Virus record (IMG/VR): IMGVR_UViG_3300036770_002724
Span: 64,001 to 128,000 of that record
Direction: 5' to 3' (one strand)
Origin: a virus
Length of the DNA: 64,000 nucleotides
The position numbers and the translations under genes are program-made. Numbering within the stretch: the stretch's first letter is position 1; the number at the start of each line of letters is the position of its first letter. A model generated the notes under the pieces. It saw only the letters and a program-made list of their open reading frames with translations, ran no database searches and was not told the origin of the DNA. This document shows positions 8,170 through 15,603 of the stretch, in pieces.

Positions 8170-10608
8170 ATGCACAGCAAGTTCGCACTCCACAACCTCA
8201 AGGGAAACCCCACGACCTACTACTTGGTCGAGTCCGAAGCGGTCTCTGCGCCGACGACTCCGGGACCGAAAGCCAGCCACCATATCGCGATCCTCGATGT
8301 GTCGGGATCCATGTACGGGGACATGGAGGCTGTTCGTTCGACCGTCGAGAAGGTCTTTACTGCACAGGAGTTCAATGACCCCTCTCAGTTGATCTCCCTC
8401 ATCACCTATTCGTCGAACCCTGATTGTCGGGTTCACTTCAGCCGCATCACCGTGGCAGATGTTCTTGCTCCAGGCAGCCTTCCGCTACGGGAGATCCGCT
8501 CGCTTCATACGCGCGGTTTGACCTGCATCTCCCAGGCACTTGAGGCTGCCGAGGAGTTGATCCACGACGACGAGATCACCGCGATTTCCCTCCACTCGGA
8601 TGGCTACGCGAACGATCCGTCGCCCTTCGCGGAAAGCCAGCGGTTGCTCCAGGCCGCACGGGAGATTGCGGCTCACCCTAACGTCTTCTGCAACACGGTC
8701 GCGTATCGCTCTTCTTGCGACTTCGCTCTCCTCACGGCGGTAGCGAACCAGCTTTCCGGCAAGTGTGTTCAGGCAACCTCCGCCAAAGGCGTCTACGATG
8801 CCCTGGTCGATTCCCAGAGACTTCTTGGTGGTCGCGTAGCTCCCACGGTCGAGGTGGGGCTGGGCTCTGCTGACTTCGTCACGTTCGTCTCAAAGAAGGC
8901 TCGCAAGATCCTTGGAGGCACCGCATCCCTGATGGTCCGGGGGCTTTCGGCAGATGACGACATGACGGCTTACAGGTATCGGCGCGTTGATGAGGCGGCT
9001 TACGCGGCCTCCCCCGCTTCCGAGAACGATCTGGATGCTCTCTTGGCTTTTTGCCGGTCGAACATCGCCCTGGGCAACCTCAATCCGGCCAAGTACGCCA
9101 TGATCACCACTCGGATCCCTGACCTAATCGGGCCGCACGTCCGAGCGATGGTCAACGCGGAGGTAGCCTCTTGGGCGCTTGCCGTCGAGACCCTGCTGTT
9201 CCGCGACCTCACGACTCCCGTTCACCAGAGCCCTTCCTATGGGCTCTCGGGGGCATCCACGAACACCCTGGCTGTCTTGGATGTGCTTGCGAAGCACAAG
9301 GGCTCGTTGCGGGTGCATATGCCCACCCTGCTGGACGGTTACAAGCGGCGAGGGGTGAAGAGGATTCCGGGCACCCGTGAGTCGGATGGTTCCGTCACGA
9401 AGCCGGACTTCTCGACCAAGCTCCGGTCCAAGGAGGAGTGGGTTCCGGTCTCCGGGGTCGAGATCAACCGAGACACGGCCACCGTCAATCTGCGTCTGGT
9501 GCAGGATGTTGACCTCGTGGACTCCGCTGGGACGGTCATCCCAGAGGTGGCAGGCATCAAGCTCGATCTCAAGGACTTCAAGAACTACACGCTCGTGTCC
9601 GACGGACAGGTCAACGTCGGGCGTCTACAGGTGAGGACATCCGATAAGCGGTGCTTCTCGGATCTCAAGTCTCTGGGGGTCGCTCAAGGGGACTTCGACC
9701 CCAATCAGGGGTCCGAGATCCATCTTGCGGATCTCCCGTTGGTCGATTACGACCGTCCGGTCGGCAGCATCACGGCACAGGGGTATGACCGGCTTCTGAA
9801 GCTCACGGTCCTTCAGAAGATCCTGAACGGCATTTCCGGTGAGGCGTCTGAGGTGTTCACGTCTGAGCAGATCGTGGAGTTGAAGCGGCACTACCTCACT
9901 CCCGCTCTGTACTTCAGCCCTCCCACGACCACGGCCCATGCGGACTTGAAGGCTGCGCTGGCGGCAGGCGAGGTCGATGTTCGGACCTCGTACAAGGTCA
10001 AGATGGGCATCCCGTCTATCCGCTCTGTCGCAGAGCTTTACTCGGGCAACGCTTATCTCCAGCGGAGGTTCACGTTCACGGGGGAGGACGGTAAGGCTGC
10101 TGAGAAGCCTCTCCTTTCGATGTTTTCCCAGAAGGGGGTCTGGGGTATCAAGGCGCTTTCTTCTCGTACCAAGCTGGATGAGATCGACGCCTTGACGTAT
10201 CCGATCTACGCCGAGGTCTTCGGTCTCGACTCGACGGGTGCCCTCAAAGACCTTCTTTCTTCTATCGGTGTTGATTCGACGTCCGTGCTGGATGCCTTGG
10301 CTCATCGGGTCACGGCACCAGACAAGGTGGGCGAGGTTCTTCTCGGGGTCTCTCGGCAAGTGGACGCCGCTATCGAAGCGATCTACTCCGAAGACATCAT
10401 CCCGCTGGCCTTCTACGTTGGGGCCACGGGGCTTGTTCCAGATGCTCTTGGGGCCAAGGCCATGACGCCGGATGACTTCGTTTCGAGTCATCCGGCGGTG
10501 AAGCTCTCCAAGGATGAGAAGGAGGCGATGTTCTATGCTCTTCCTGGGGGTCTTGTCCTGAGCGTTTTCACTTCGGCGGAGCACTTCACGACGGATACGG
10601 CAAAGTGA
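8170..10608 (+). CDS. vWA (MIDAS) domain protein with a large uncharacterised C-terminal region
   Basis: AILDVSGSM (DxSxS), GLTCIS (MIDAS Thr) and LHSDG (MIDAS Asp) in the first ~210 aa of 812 aa. Confidence 0.8.
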   Translation: MHSKFALHNLKGNPTTYYLVESEAVSAPTTPGPKASHHIAILDVSGSMYGDMEAVRSTVEKVFTAQEFNDPSQLISLITYSSNPDCRVHFSRITVADVLAPGSLPLREIRSLHTRGLTCISQALEAAEELIHDDEITAISLHSDGYANDPSPFAESQRLLQAAREIAAHPNVFCNTVAYRSSCDFALLTAVANQLSGKCVQATSAKGVYDALVDSQRLLGGRVAPTVEVGLGSADFVTFVSKKARKILGGTASLMVRGLSADDDMTAYRYRRVDEAAYAASPASENDLDALLAFCRSNIALGNLNPAKYAMITTRIPDLIGPHVRAMVNAEVASWALAVETLLFRDLTTPVHQSPSYGLSGASTNTLAVLDVLAKHKGSLRVHMPTLLDGYKRRGVKRIPGTRESDGSVTKPDFSTKLRSKEEWVPVSGVEINRDTATVNLRLVQDVDLVDSAGTVIPEVAGIKLDLKDFKNYTLVSDGQVNVGRLQVRTSDKRCFSDLKSLGVAQGDFDPNQGSEIHLADLPLVDYDRPVGSITAQGYDRLLKLTVLQKILNGISGEASEVFTSEQIVELKRHYLTPALYFSPPTTTAHADLKAALAAGEVDVRTSYKVKMGIPSIRSVAELYSGNAYLQRRFTFTGEDGKAAEKPLLSMFSQKGVWGIKALSSRTKLDEIDALTYPIYAEVFGLDSTGALKDLLSSIGVDSTSVLDALAHRVTAPDKVGEVLLGVSRQVDAAIEAIYSEDIIPLAFYVGATGLVPDALGAKAMTPDDFVSSHPAVKLSKDEKEAMFYALPGGLVLSVFTSAEHFTTDTAK

Positions 10609-10617
10609 AGTCCCTTG

Positions 10618-10651
10618 GGACACCGACCTGATCGAAATCAGGTCGGTGTCC
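10618..10651. terminator. 15-bp perfect hairpin between convergent genes
   Basis: ggacaccgacctgat-cgaa-atcaggtcggtgtcc, at the convergence of the vWA and methyltransferase genes. Confidence 0.7.
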
Positions 10652-11165
10652 AAGGCACAACGTCATCGGACAACGCCGCTCGTTCCTCGGGTCTCAGATC
10701 GCGCGGGCTCCCCTCTCCCCCGTAGACGATCAGATCGTTCTGGGGATGGCGGACTTCGGCCAAGACGGTTCGCCGGGCCAAGGCCCGAAACAGGTCGGGC
10801 GTCCCGCAGGACGACCCTCCGGTGTTGCAGCCCAAGTAGATCACGACCGGGCTCGTTTCGATGATCTCCAGAAGACCTGGGGACTTCCAGTTGACCGGCC
10901 AAGCCAAGAAGGCTACGTCCGGTCTTTCCTGACGGCGAGCAGTCGCCTCAAAGTACTCGGTTCGGACGACCAGTTCCGGAGGCTCGCGGGAGAAGACCCC
11001 GAGGTTCATGGGCGTCCGGTCTATCGCGACCACCTGGGAGGCGCCCATGCCCAGGAGGGCTCTCGTGTGCGTAAGGTCGCCTGCTCCGAGATCCCAGACG
11101 GCTCGGTTCCAGACGAAGTTTGCGACGACCCGCTCCATCTCGCGGGTCAGTGAGCCGTAGGGCAT
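10638..11165 (-). CDS. SAM-dependent methyltransferase-like protein
   Basis: Motif I VWDLGAG followed by VVAID. Likely start ATG 11165 with GGAGGGG RBS. Confidence 0.65.
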   Translation of the reverse strand: MPYGSLTREMERVVANFVWNRAVWDLGAGDLTHTRALLGMGASQVVAIDRTPMNLGVFSREPPELVVRTEYFEATARRQERPDVAFLAWPVNWKSPGLLEIIETSPVVIYLGCNTGGSSCGTPDLFRALARRTVLAEVRHPQNDLIVYGGEGSPRDLRPEERAALSDDVVPWTPT

Positions 11166-11326
11166 AGCCCCTCCTTGTGCCCTCCAGAGAGGACGCCTCA
11201 AAACCCGTACCCTTTGGGTAGCGGGCTTTAGCCCCGGAGCCGGACAACGAAACAGCCCCGGGACTTCATCAGGTGGGAGGCGAGATGTCGAGGCGCCCTC
11301 CCGGGAGGGCACAAGGCCCTCTGATA

Positions 11327-11545
11327 CTACCGGGGCCGGACCAGCCGGTAGTACTCGGTCGTCTTGTCTGCGGCGTCGGTGACGCGCATGAAGCGGGCTC
11401 CCGGCCCGCTCTCATACTTGTCGTCCGCCGCGAACTCCAGGGTCACCATCTGACCCTGGAAGGCGCGGGGGACATCCCAGCGCCCCTCCGCCACCTTGGC
11501 GGGGACGGTCTTAGTCGCCTTGTAGTTGAAACCGTTGACCTTCAT
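11327..11545 (-). CDS. Small hypothetical protein, directly downstream of a conserved promoter motif
   Basis: MKVNGFNYKATK... 72 aa; the ATG lies 4 nt after the TAGCTA box. Confidence 0.65.
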   Translation of the reverse strand: MKVNGFNYKATKTVPAKVAEGRWDVPRAFQGQMVTLEFAADDKYESGPGARFMRVTDAADKTTEYYRLVRPR

Positions 11546-11549
11546 GCCA

Positions 11550-11583
11550 TAGCTACTCGTGACCGAGCCCGGTTTAGCCACAA
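11550..11583 (-). promoter_or_regulatory. Promoter-like motif TTGTGGCTAAA-N17-TAGCTA (copy A)
   Basis: One of five copies with an invariant 11-mer and an exact 17-nt spacer, all immediately upstream of gene starts. Confidence 0.8.
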
Positions 11584-11648
11584 AACGACAGACGCTTCCC
11601 GAATTCCCACGGGGGTCTCGCTTTTTGTTCAATGCACTCAATCAAGTG

Positions 11649-11729
11649 ATGAGCACCCTACGTTCCAAGCTGATCCGACTGGCTCGCCAGCAGCCTACCC
11701 TTCGCCCGCACTTGCTGCCCCTACTGAGG
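11649..11729 (+). repeat. Leader-peptide repeat copy (N-terminal)
   Basis: Encodes MSTLRSKLIRLARQQPTLRPHLLPLLR. Confidence 0.9.
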
Positions 11730-11984
11730 GAGGCTTCTTCTATGGATGATGATCTGGAGTTGTCGGTCTATGAACTCTTTCCCCGCCCCGAGACTGCTAG
11801 GGCTGAAGCTGAGATCCGAAAAGAAATCGACGACGCCGTCATGGCTACCGTCAAATCCTACAAGAACATCGAAAAACTGATTAAAAAGTACAGCCACCTG
11901 GGCACGGAAGACACCGAGTCTCGGAAGCTGATCTGGGACGACTGGGAAATCTCTATGGAGAAGGCCCTTCGCGGAAAGATGTGA
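11649..11984 (+). CDS. Small acidic hypothetical protein carrying the conserved N-terminal leader
   Basis: ATG 11649: MSTLRSKLIRLARQQPTLRPHLLPLLREA... Confidence 0.75.
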   Translation: MSTLRSKLIRLARQQPTLRPHLLPLLREASSMDDDLELSVYELFPRPETARAEAEIRKEIDDAVMATVKSYKNIEKLIKKYSHLGTEDTESRKLIWDDWEISMEKALRGKM

Positions 11985-12024
11985 CGGACGCTTCCCACAC
12001 GGGTTTGCGGGAGAGGGTTCGACC

Positions 12025-12105
12025 GTGGGTATTCTACGTTCCAAGCTGATTCGACTGGCTCACCAGCAGCCTCATCTGCGGCCCGATCTGTTGCCCCTAC
12101 TGAGG
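12025..12105 (+). repeat. Leader-peptide repeat copy (N-terminal)
   Basis: Encodes MGILRSKLIRLAHQQPHLRPDLLPLLR. Confidence 0.9.
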
Positions 12106-12666
12106 GAAGCGGGATTTGCCAGGCGCGCGGTGGATACCACCTATGAGACGAAGCTGCTTCCTCCTGTCCTCAAGACCGTATTGGGCGGTCTAGGCTTCCG
12201 GAAGCGTCTGGTCAACGTGAGGGTGAGCACCCAGTATTCGATGGCTTCTCCAGGTAACGAGGGCAGCCGGGGTTTCTTCGGTATGGTCAGCTTGAATCCT
12301 CCCAAGCTGGTCGGGTCCATCCAGTACGGTAACTGGGGCGGAGGCGGCTTGGGTAAGCCTTCCCCTGTGGACACGGATACGACCTCCCGTTCTCTTGCTG
12401 ATGGGATGGTCGTGGTCCAGGGTCAAACCGGGGGCTACGTTTACGTCAATCTCGTGATGACCCCGGAGACCTTTGAGTTCATCCAACAGGATCCCCGGAT
12501 GCCCCGGAAGCCCCAAAAGAGCCTTCTGCCGGTCTATGTCCTGAAGAATCACAATGGGGTCGAGCTGGCCCGGCATACGGACATCCGAAAGCTCACGGAT
12601 GAGATGTTGCGCTACGAGATGCAGACCGGAAATCCGACCCGAATCGAGATTCTTCAGGACTCGTAA
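12025..12666 (+). CDS. Hypothetical protein carrying the conserved N-terminal leader
   Basis: GTG start with upstream GGAGAGG; MGILRSKLIRLAHQQPHLRPDLLPLLREA... Confidence 0.8.
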   Translation: MGILRSKLIRLAHQQPHLRPDLLPLLREAGFARRAVDTTYETKLLPPVLKTVLGGLGFRKRLVNVRVSTQYSMASPGNEGSRGFFGMVSLNPPKLVGSIQYGNWGGGGLGKPSPVDTDTTSRSLADGMVVVQGQTGGYVYVNLVMTPETFEFIQQDPRMPRKPQKSLLPVYVLKNHNGVELARHTDIRKLTDEMLRYEMQTGNPTRIEILQDS

Positions 12667-12674
12667 GCCGTAGG

Positions 12675-13043
12675 TCAAGTCTCTTCCTTTGGTTTGATCG
12701 GGGGGCAGCACCCCGTCTCAGTCCACCACCAGTCCACGACCTCCAGATCGAGCTTATCCCAGATCCACTCGGGAAGCTCGGGCAGCGAGTCGTAGGCGAA
12801 CCACTCCTCGCCTCCTCTCGTCCGTCCGCGTCGCAGTCGCTCGTGGAGCATCCCCTCCAGGTGCCCTTGATCCTTGAGCACCAGGATGATTCTTAGCTTG
12901 TAGGGGCTTCCCGTCTGAAGCTGCTTGAGGCGACGCTCCGGATCCCTCGACCGACCGATCTTCACGGCCCCCGTCGTATGGCTCTGGATGAGGTAGAGGT
13001 GAACCCCGGGTGTCGGGTTCTGTGGGGGGCTGGTGTATCGCAA
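12675..13043 (-). CDS. GIY-YIG superfamily protein, T5orf172/MUG113 type
   Basis: LYLIQ...VKIGRS.DPERRLKQLQTGSP...EGMLH...GEEWF signature. Confidence 0.8.
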   Translation of the reverse strand: MRYTSPPQNPTPGVHLYLIQSHTTGAVKIGRSRDPERRLKQLQTGSPYKLRIILVLKDQGHLEGMLHERLRRGRTRGGEEWFAYDSLPELPEWIWDKLDLEVVDWWWTETGCCPPIKPKEET

Positions 13044-13118
13044 CTCGGGGGCCTTTTTGGGGGACCGGCTATCGTCATTTTACCCTGATGGTTTTTTCAG
13101 GTTCGGGTATGTAGAGGC

Positions 13119-13397
13119 ATGACAAGGCTTCAACTCGTCAAGCTGGCAAGGCAGAGGGGCATCAAGGGGGCGTCGAAGATGCGAGTCGACGAACTCAAGT
13201 ACCATCTGTCCGATAACGGGGTGTTGCCCCAGATCCCCGAAGAGGATACGGTAGTGGAGGACGAAACGCCTCGTCCTCCTGAGATCACGATTCGACTGAA
13301 CACTCCGATGTTCCGGCACCGTCCTGTCCTGATGGCGTTCGCGGAGCTTGTCATCGCCCTCAAGGAAGCCGAGGAACTGGGCATCATCGAGACATGA
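13119..13397 (+). CDS. Small protein with Rho-N/HeH-like nucleic-acid-binding motif
   Basis: MTRLQLVKLARQRGIKGASKMRVDELKYHL resembles the Rho N-terminal helix-extension-helix. Confidence 0.6.
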   Translation: MTRLQLVKLARQRGIKGASKMRVDELKYHLSDNGVLPQIPEEDTVVEDETPRPPEITIRLNTPMFRHRPVLMAFAELVIALKEAEELGIIET

Positions 13398-14065
13398 AGG
13401 ACAAGCACATTCGGGTTCGGATTGAGCAGTGCCTTCTGCTGGCCAAGGCGTCGAATTGCCCTCGCAGGTCTTTCGGTGCCCTTCTGCTCGACCCCGAGCG
13501 TAACGTCGTTCTCGCGGACGGCTACAACGGTGCTCCCCGTGGAGGAGGGTCTCTCTGCGGGGGGCACCGTTGTCTTCGCGACGGGCTCGCTCCCGATCAG
13601 GTCGAGATCCGTTCTTTCGGAGACCAATGCGCCGTCCACATTCGTTCGGGACAATCTTGGGAGTCTGCCCTCTATCCAGACGGGCGGGTCTTGGGGTCTC
13701 CCGATCAAGCAGATGCCTTGAAGGCCCGGCTCCTCAAAGAAAACCTCCCCGTCGCTTCGGGGACGCGCGTCGAGATCGGGTGCGTCCACGCCGAAATGAA
13801 CGTCATCTGTAACGCGGCGGCGGGCGGGGTAAAGTCAGCAGGGGCTTGGTTGATCGTGACCGGCGAGCCCTGCCTCCAATGCGCCAAGCTCGTCCATCAC
13901 GCGGGAATCGTCCACGTCATCGTGGTCGCGGGCGGGTACGCCGGGGCGAATGGACTGGAGTATCTGCGGGAGCACAAGGTTCGAGTGACCGAGGTGGACG
14001 GTCCGCAGGATCCCCGGCTTGGGAAGGCGGTTCAGTCTGGTATGTGTACGTCCTCCAGTCTTTAG
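13394..14065 (+). CDS. dCMP (deoxycytidylate) deaminase
   Basis: SNCPRRSFGA, GYNGAPRG, zinc ligands HAE and EPCLQC, AKLVHHAGI. Confidence 0.9.
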   Translation: MKDKHIRVRIEQCLLLAKASNCPRRSFGALLLDPERNVVLADGYNGAPRGGGSLCGGHRCLRDGLAPDQVEIRSFGDQCAVHIRSGQSWESALYPDGRVLGSPDQADALKARLLKENLPVASGTRVEIGCVHAEMNVICNAAAGGVKSAGAWLIVTGEPCLQCAKLVHHAGIVHVIVVAGGYAGANGLEYLREHKVRVTEVDGPQDPRLGKAVQSGMCTSSSL

Positions 14066-14382
14066 AGCCTCGACCCCGAGGACTCCCTGGCTTCCACTAC
14101 GTCGGCTGTACCACAGATCCCGTCCGGCGACTTCGCCAGCACAACGGTGAGATCGTCGGCGGAGCCAAGTACACGTCAAAGCATCGCCCGTGGGTCGCCC
14201 GTGCATTGTACGGTCCCTATTCCGGAAAGGTCTCTGCCATGAAGGCGGAGTACGCCCTGAAGCATGGGAAGCGGGGGACGGCCCGTACTCGATGGTCCCC
14301 CGAGGATTCGATCTGGTGTCGCGGGGCGGGACCGGATCATCCTTGGGTAAGCGACCCGACGAAAGACCCTTCCTGGGACTGA
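14038..14382 (+). CDS. GIY-YIG nuclease, SLX1-like; start codon unclear
   Basis: WYVYVL...HYVGCTTDPVRRLRQHNGEIVGGAKYTSKHRPW...AMKAEYALK. The nearest in-frame start is GTG 14044, inside the first conserved motif. Confidence 0.8.
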   Translation, partial: WYVYVLQSLEPRPRGLPGFHYVGCTTDPVRRLRQHNGEIVGGAKYTSKHRPWVARALYGPYSGKVSAMKAEYALKHGKRGTARTRWSPEDSIWCRGAGPDHPWVSDPTKDPSWD

Positions 14383-14425
14383 GCCTAGTCCTCCTATAGT
14401 CCGTCTCCTTTCGAGGGAGATCGCG

Positions 14426-14713
14426 ATGCCCGAATCTGCACCGAGGCGGGGGAACGAAGTTACCGTCACGCTGAACTGGGTTGAGATCCTGTTCAAAGTT
14501 CTTGCGGCTTCCGTCTTACCGCTCCTCTTGTGGGGGGTTCGGCTGGAGTCCAAGCAGACGACGCAGGAACTGAAGATCCAGCAGATAACGGAGGAGGTGG
14601 CGGCGACCCGGGGTCACGCCACGGCGCTCGTTCGACTGGAGGAGCAGGTCAAGTCCGCGAACGAAAAGCTGGTCGAGATCAAGGTTCTTCTGAACAAGAG
14701 GCCCGTGGAGTGA
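14426..14713 (+). CDS. Single-TM coiled-coil protein (holin/antiholin-like candidate)
   Basis: One N-terminal TM (ILFKVLAASVLPLLLWGV) then coiled coil; GAGGGAG RBS. Confidence 0.5.
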   Translation: MPESAPRRGNEVTVTLNWVEILFKVLAASVLPLLLWGVRLESKQTTQELKIQQITEEVAATRGHATALVRLEEQVKSANEKLVEIKVLLNKRPVE

Positions 14714-15075
14714 TGAAGGATTTACGGAAGCCGCTTTTCCTAGCGGTCATTTTCACGACGATCTTTGTTTCCGTGCTATTCGTGAGCTTTCCCTCGCCGC
14801 TCCCTTCCGAAGAGGTTACGGTCATACGGCTACCTCTCCCGAAGTCGGAGACGAGTACCTTGACGCTAGGGACCGCGACGACGGCGATCAGTCGGATCGA
14901 GAGGGACCTGTCGGCTATCCAGAAGACCCTCGAAGATCGAAGGGCGAAAGAAATCGAAGGTTACGCACGAAGAAACGGCTGGGACAAAAAGCTCCCCACC
15001 AAGGTCAAAGACCCGATCCTCTACGACGAGTGGAAAGACCTTCGGGCCAAGGGAAAGGTCTATGGGACTCCCTAG
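14713..15075 (+). CDS. Single-TM membrane protein (lysis-cassette candidate)
   Basis: TM LFLAVIFTTIFVSVLFVSF followed by a Pro-rich linker and a helical region; start overlaps the upstream stop. Confidence 0.5.
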   Translation: MKDLRKPLFLAVIFTTIFVSVLFVSFPSPLPSEEVTVIRLPLPKSETSTLTLGTATTAISRIERDLSAIQKTLEDRRAKEIEGYARRNGWDKKLPTKVKDPILYDEWKDLRAKGKVYGTP

Positions 15076-15256
15076 AATCTACGAATACAAGGCCGAGGAC
15101 GGAACGACCTACTGGACGTTCAAGCTCATCCAAGGGAAGATCACCCCTCCTACGAGGCTAGAAGTCCAGAGCCGTCTAGGCATACACCTGATCAACTTTC
15201 TTGTCTGGCTTCGGGCCGAGGGTCGCCGTCGGTCTGAGGGTAACATCCCGGAATGA
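15062..15256 (+). CDS. Small hypothetical protein
   Basis: 64-aa ORF overlapping neighbours in operon-like fashion. Confidence 0.55.
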   Translation: MGLPRIYEYKAEDGTTYWTFKLIQGKITPPTRLEVQSRLGIHLINFLVWLRAEGRRRSEGNIPE

Positions 15257-15585
15257 ACGACACCGAGATCCCCACTCCTGTTGAAACTTCGTCCGAGGCT
15301 TCGAGCGATCCTCGCATCAAGGGTTACCTGAGCCCTCAAAAGCTGAAAGCCATGCAGGCACTCCGGCAATCTGGGCGTGACCTCGTGACTGAAATCGGGA
15401 TGCTGGAGGTCCGCAAGACTCGGCTCATGTCGAATCTCGCTCAGATCGAGGCTCAGGGAGAGGCTCTTGTGACTGAAGAAGCTCGAAAGGTGGGTGTTCC
15501 CGAGGGTGCTGCTTTTTCGGTGACGCCCGAGGGTGCGATTCTCGTGAACGGACCCGTTGCAGTACCTGCCCCCGACGGGGGTTGA
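15253..15585 (+). CDS. Small coiled-coil hypothetical protein
   Basis: 110 aa, ATGA overlap with the upstream gene. Confidence 0.6.
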   Translation: MNDTEIPTPVETSSEASSDPRIKGYLSPQKLKAMQALRQSGRDLVTEIGMLEVRKTRLMSNLAQIEAQGEALVTEEARKVGVPEGAAFSVTPEGAILVNGPVAVPAPDGG

Positions 15586-15603
15586 GAACACCAGGAGGGG
15601 GCC

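Noticed and set aside
3679-12666. Leader repeats as a CRISPR array or integron attC cassettes
   Set aside because: Copies are in-frame coding, synonymously diverged, on both strands and irregularly spaced by whole genes. There is no palindromic attC structure, cas gene or integrase in the window.
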